Part shown: piece by piece, positions 60,213 through 64,000 of the stretch | Position numbering within the stretch: the stretch's first letter is position 1 | Layout of the letters: each line of letters opens with the position of its first letter | Assembly: GCF_032444005.1 (NCBI RefSeq) | Contig: NC_091287.1 | Location: 469,960,001-470,024,000, forward strand | Direction of reading: 5' to 3' | From: Ranitomeya imitator | Taxonomy: Eukaryota | Length of the DNA: 64,000 bases | Made by a program: the position numbers and the translations under genes | The notes under the pieces: model-generated | Database searches by the model: none | What the model saw: only the letters and a program-made list of their open reading frames with translations | Told to the model about the DNA's origin: nothing

Positions 60213-61426
60213 CTGCAACAAAGTAACATTCAAGAAGTGATGTAAAGATTATTGGAAACAAAGTTCTTGTTCACAGCGACAGGGTTTTGTTTCGTTTTTT
60301 GCCTGTGAATACGAAACCGCAACAAGGACAAAAGTCACATTGTAGATGTCCTTTCACTTTACCAAGATCTCATTGAAGGCCCTGTCTCTATCCCATCTTC
60401 AGGAGTGCACTGCCCCCCCAACTCTTGGCTCCCAGCTTGCCAGGGGGCAGTGTGCTCCAGAAGACTGAAAGTTTGGGCCGTTGCCATGGTTAAAGGGGTA
60501 TTCCCATCTCCAATATCCTATCCCAATATGTGGTAGGTGCAATAATATTACCAAACACCTCCAATTAGAAATATACTATAGGTCTTCTTATAAGCTACGT
60601 CACTTACTTATGTACACAGCATTACAGTAGCTTAGGTATCCATGGTTACGACCACTCATATAGTGACAGTCGTTAGTGGTCATAACCATGGATGCCTAAG
60701 TTTCATTACAGTAGCTTGAGGACATGAGGTAAGCAACATAGCGAATCACTATACTACATTTCTAATTGGAGGTACTTTCCAATGCTATTATTATTACACC
60801 TACTACATATTGGGCTAGAAGCTTGGAGATGGGAATACCCCTTCAAGCTGATGGGCCAAACTGTCTGTTCTACCAGGCAGCATGGAAGAAGACATTGAAA
60901 TTGAGCATATTCGATCAGCTTCAGAGCCTGCAAAGATGCTCTCCTTGTCTATGAGACTGGCCACCTCAGAAGTGGCTGATTACAGGTCATTGACAAGGTT
61001 AACTACAGAATTGAAAATCTCTCTGAATGCTGAGCTCTGTGTAACCCCGCCCTCCACCACTGATTGGCAGCCTTATGTCAATGTACACTTTACACAGAAA
61101 GCTGCCAATCAGTGGTGGAGGGCGGGGTTACACAGAGCAATTGACTAGGAGGCACAAGGAAGCTAGTCCTGTAGTGATAAAATCAGTGATTTATCAGCAA
61201 GAGATTATTAAAACAGCAACACAGCCCAGTAAGTGACATTGCTAGAATCAGGCCATCAGCCCATAACAGATTCCCTTTAAATATGCAAAACCTGTCACTT
61301 TTTCCCCCTTTTATGCTTCGAGTGCATTTACAGCATACATATTGAACATCATATGTATGACAGGAGGCTGTGTGTATGCAGTAAATACTCCCCATAAAGA
61401 AGCACAATGGCAAAAGAAGAACTCAC

Positions 61427-61440
61427 CTGCCACCAGTATT
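61427..61440 (-). CDS. TPD52: Candidate 14-nt TPD52 microexon
   Basis: TTTCTGTTTTTCTATAACAG|AATACTGGTGGCAG|GTGAGT. Confidence 0.45.
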
Positions 61441-61616
61441 CTGTTATAGAAAAACAGAAACCCTGGTATCTATGACTGAATGCAGAAAAATGCCAAATGC
61501 AAACATTAAATACAAATTTAGAGGTCTCCCCAATCACTTCACATCCATACAATCACACCATACAATCACACCACACCTACACACAGTACATTTTATATCC
61601 AAACAGTATCACAGAC

Positions 61617-61665
61617 CTTCAGGTTTTCCACTTTTTCCTCAAAAGACTTGAAAGTGGGTGAATTC
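61617..61665 (-). CDS. TPD52: TPD52 exon (49 nt)
   Basis: (R)NSPTFKSFEEKVENLK; TTTAG acceptor, AAG|GT donor. Confidence 0.92.
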
Positions 61666-63077
61666 CTAAAAAGATAAAAATGGAGCAATGTTACATTCAT
61701 ATAATAGTCAGTATTTTCCATGGGGGTGAATAACAGCAATTCAAGCATATATGTTATAAGAACCGCATTTACGATCAAGTCCACCACTAGGGCATTGATA
61801 CTTTGCTTGAAAGACAAGACTGGTAGGAGTCCACAGTATGTTACCCAGAAAGGACGCTGCTGGGGAAAGTGCAAGATCCCACTTCCATTTTGACTATTCC
61901 TGCAGCTGCATTTTTATAGCTAGTGCTCATGTGAATTATTTTCAGCTTCACTTTCAGTTTCTTAAAGGGAATCTGTCAATAAGATTTTGGCATGTTAACT
62001 GAAGACAGCATGCTGTAGAGGTTAAAATACAGATTTTGGCGATGCGTCTCTTATCAAGCTCCGTGATTTTGTCTGCAATGATTGTTTTAGCTGATCATTG
62101 CTGGACACCGCAGTGCTTTCCTCCTGGCCTGGCTCCGCCCCCTCCTGTGATAAGTAGCTCGCTGTCTATGGACCTTGTATCTACAGAGCCTGCTGTGGGC
62201 GGGGTTAGATTTCTCAGCTCTGCTGCATGCTAAATGTAAAACCTCTGATTGTGTCAGAACCGCTGCCCTCAGTAATGTAAGTGATACATTGTTGGATTCA
62301 GCCTCTCTTTACCTACATCAGGCTGCTCTCAGATGAGGGAGCAAAAACCTGCTGACAGATTCCCTTTAAGCTTTGCTGGCTTGTTGTCACCATGACATGA
62401 CATCACCAACATCTCCGATGATGTGACAAGCCAAACGGGAGGACAAACTACTAGACATCAATAACCTTCTTAAAGTTCTTTGAATCATAATTTACGTAAC
62501 AATCCTCCATCTGGCCATATCAATAAATAACTATTATAAGAATGATTTTAAGCCTAAAGTGAACATTTCTGGTGATCACGGAGAATATTCTTTATTTTAC
62601 CAGTATAGTCTTTATTGTGTCTACAGAAGTCATAATTTAAAGGGGAATTCTTTAAATTTGGGCAAGGCGTGTAATATCTGCCTGCTGTGCGAGTGACCTG
62701 GAAGATATCTGTAGATGTGACATCACCAGCCCCGCCCCCCCTCTCAATGCGGATCGGGTGGAGCTGGATTACCCCTTGGCTATAAAATCTGTTTATTGGG
62801 GTGGGGGTCGTTGAATTGCCTTGTGATATGCCAGTTAAGCAAAACATGTGCTGTCAGTCAAATAAATTCCCCCAGAGATCCAGATCTGCCTAATAAGCAC
62901 ACCACACATCAATTCCAATAGTTCTCCAATGCGCACATTGGGAGGTAGTGTTTTTTTTTTACAGCATCTCCAATATATGCTACCAAGGAAGGCTGGAATG
63001 AAGGAAAATGCCCTTTAAGGGTAATGCAGGCAGATACGTCATGCACGTGTAATTAACCTTATTGCGCGATACTTTAC

Positions 63078-63119
63078 CTCATAGCAGGCATACTAATTGA
63101 ATGCTGTATAGAACGTATA
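63078..63119 (-). CDS. TPD52: TPD52 42-nt alternative exon
   Basis: IRSIQHSISMPAM(R), the known D52-family insert; CTAG acceptor, AG|GTAAAG donor, phase 2-2. Confidence 0.9.
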
Positions 63120-63248
63120 CTAGTAGGCAGCATTAAAGAAAAAAACAAAATAAAATTATTCAAAGATACTATATCTACATGCATCACACATTATAGGAGG
63201 GAGAGAAAAAGGTTACAGGCAAGAGAGCATTAGAGATGGTGATAAAGG

Positions 63249-63426
63249 NNNNNNNNNNNNNNNNNNNNNNNNNNNNNNNNNNNNNNNNNNNNNNNNNNNN
63301 NNNNNNNNNNNNNNNNNNNNNNNNNNNNNNNNNNNNNNNNNNNNNNNNNNNNNNNNNNNNNNNNNNNNNNNNNNNNNNNNNNNNNNNNNNNNNNNNNNNN
63401 NNNNNNNNNNNNNNNNNNNNNNNNNN
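63249..63426. other. Assembly gap
   Basis: N run. Confidence 1.
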
Positions 63427-64000
63427 ATAGATAGATATTTTCCATCCCACACAAGAGCATAAATATAGCAGGTGAAACTTTCACATCAGAACCCTGGCGG
63501 AGCTCAAAAGGTCCATGTGGAGGTCAAAACTAAAGACTCATGAGTTCGGGGGCCCTGTTGACTATTTTGCAATCTTCAAGTTACACCAAGACATACTGGC
63601 AGCATCCTTCAAATCACATCCAGATAATGGACTCTTGTTGGAAAACTAACAAAAAAAACACAACGAATGAGAACAAAGAAGCAATGAGACGAATAAGTCT
63701 CATCAAATGGAGGAGAGGGTATTATACTAGCAGAGCGAGGAGGGAGGTTTGAGAAGTAAAAAGCGGATTACAGGTTTTCAATCATTAACAAGCAGAAATC
63801 TCGATCGCGAGAAGTAACCGGAACACTAGAAAGCTGCAGAACCTTCTACATTAATGTTTCCTGACATAAAACTGGACATCCCCCCACAAAGTACGGGTAC
63901 GTGTGCACATTTAGTATTTGCAGCAGATTTGTAGCGTGAAAAACACTGTAAAGTACGCTTTTTTACATGCGTTTTTTAATGCTTTTTTTTTTACCACTTA

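Overview
Eukaryotic (anuran amphibian-like, inferred from the repeat set) genomic window, not prokaryotic; no CRISPR, rRNA or tRNA genes were found. Host genes are on the minus strand: the 3' exons of TPD52 (60-63 kb) and exons 1-2 of MRPS28 (18.4 kb and 4.7 kb), in the conserved vertebrate order. The rest is mostly transposable elements. Two DIRS tyrosine-recombinase retrotransposons lie in MRPS28 introns; one is full length, with ITRs and an ICR, and sits inside a Tc1 relic. A ~24-kb nested stack (21.4-45.7 kb) has an 86-bp satellite as its oldest layer, then a solo-LTR-like element, then a Penelope-like element with hammerhead ribozymes. The Penelope element itself holds a full-length CR1 LINE, a Harbinger MITE and an 11-kb hAT element that carries a complete Gypsy. 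A second stack at 48-53.5 kb has Tc1 as host, then hAT, then a long foldback. Most notable observations: (1) the CR1 5' end is 16 x 126-bp monomers, each with octamer + SPH/ZNF143-like + PSE-like motifs at snRNA-promoter spacing, followed by a hairpin and an Sm-like site; (2) both DIRS ORF1s appear to be interrupted by spliceosomal introns; (3) the Penelope element has a candidate -1 ribosomal frameshift; (4) TPD52 has a candidate 14-nt frameshifting microexon. All motif and structure calls were made by eye and need computational or experimental confirmation.
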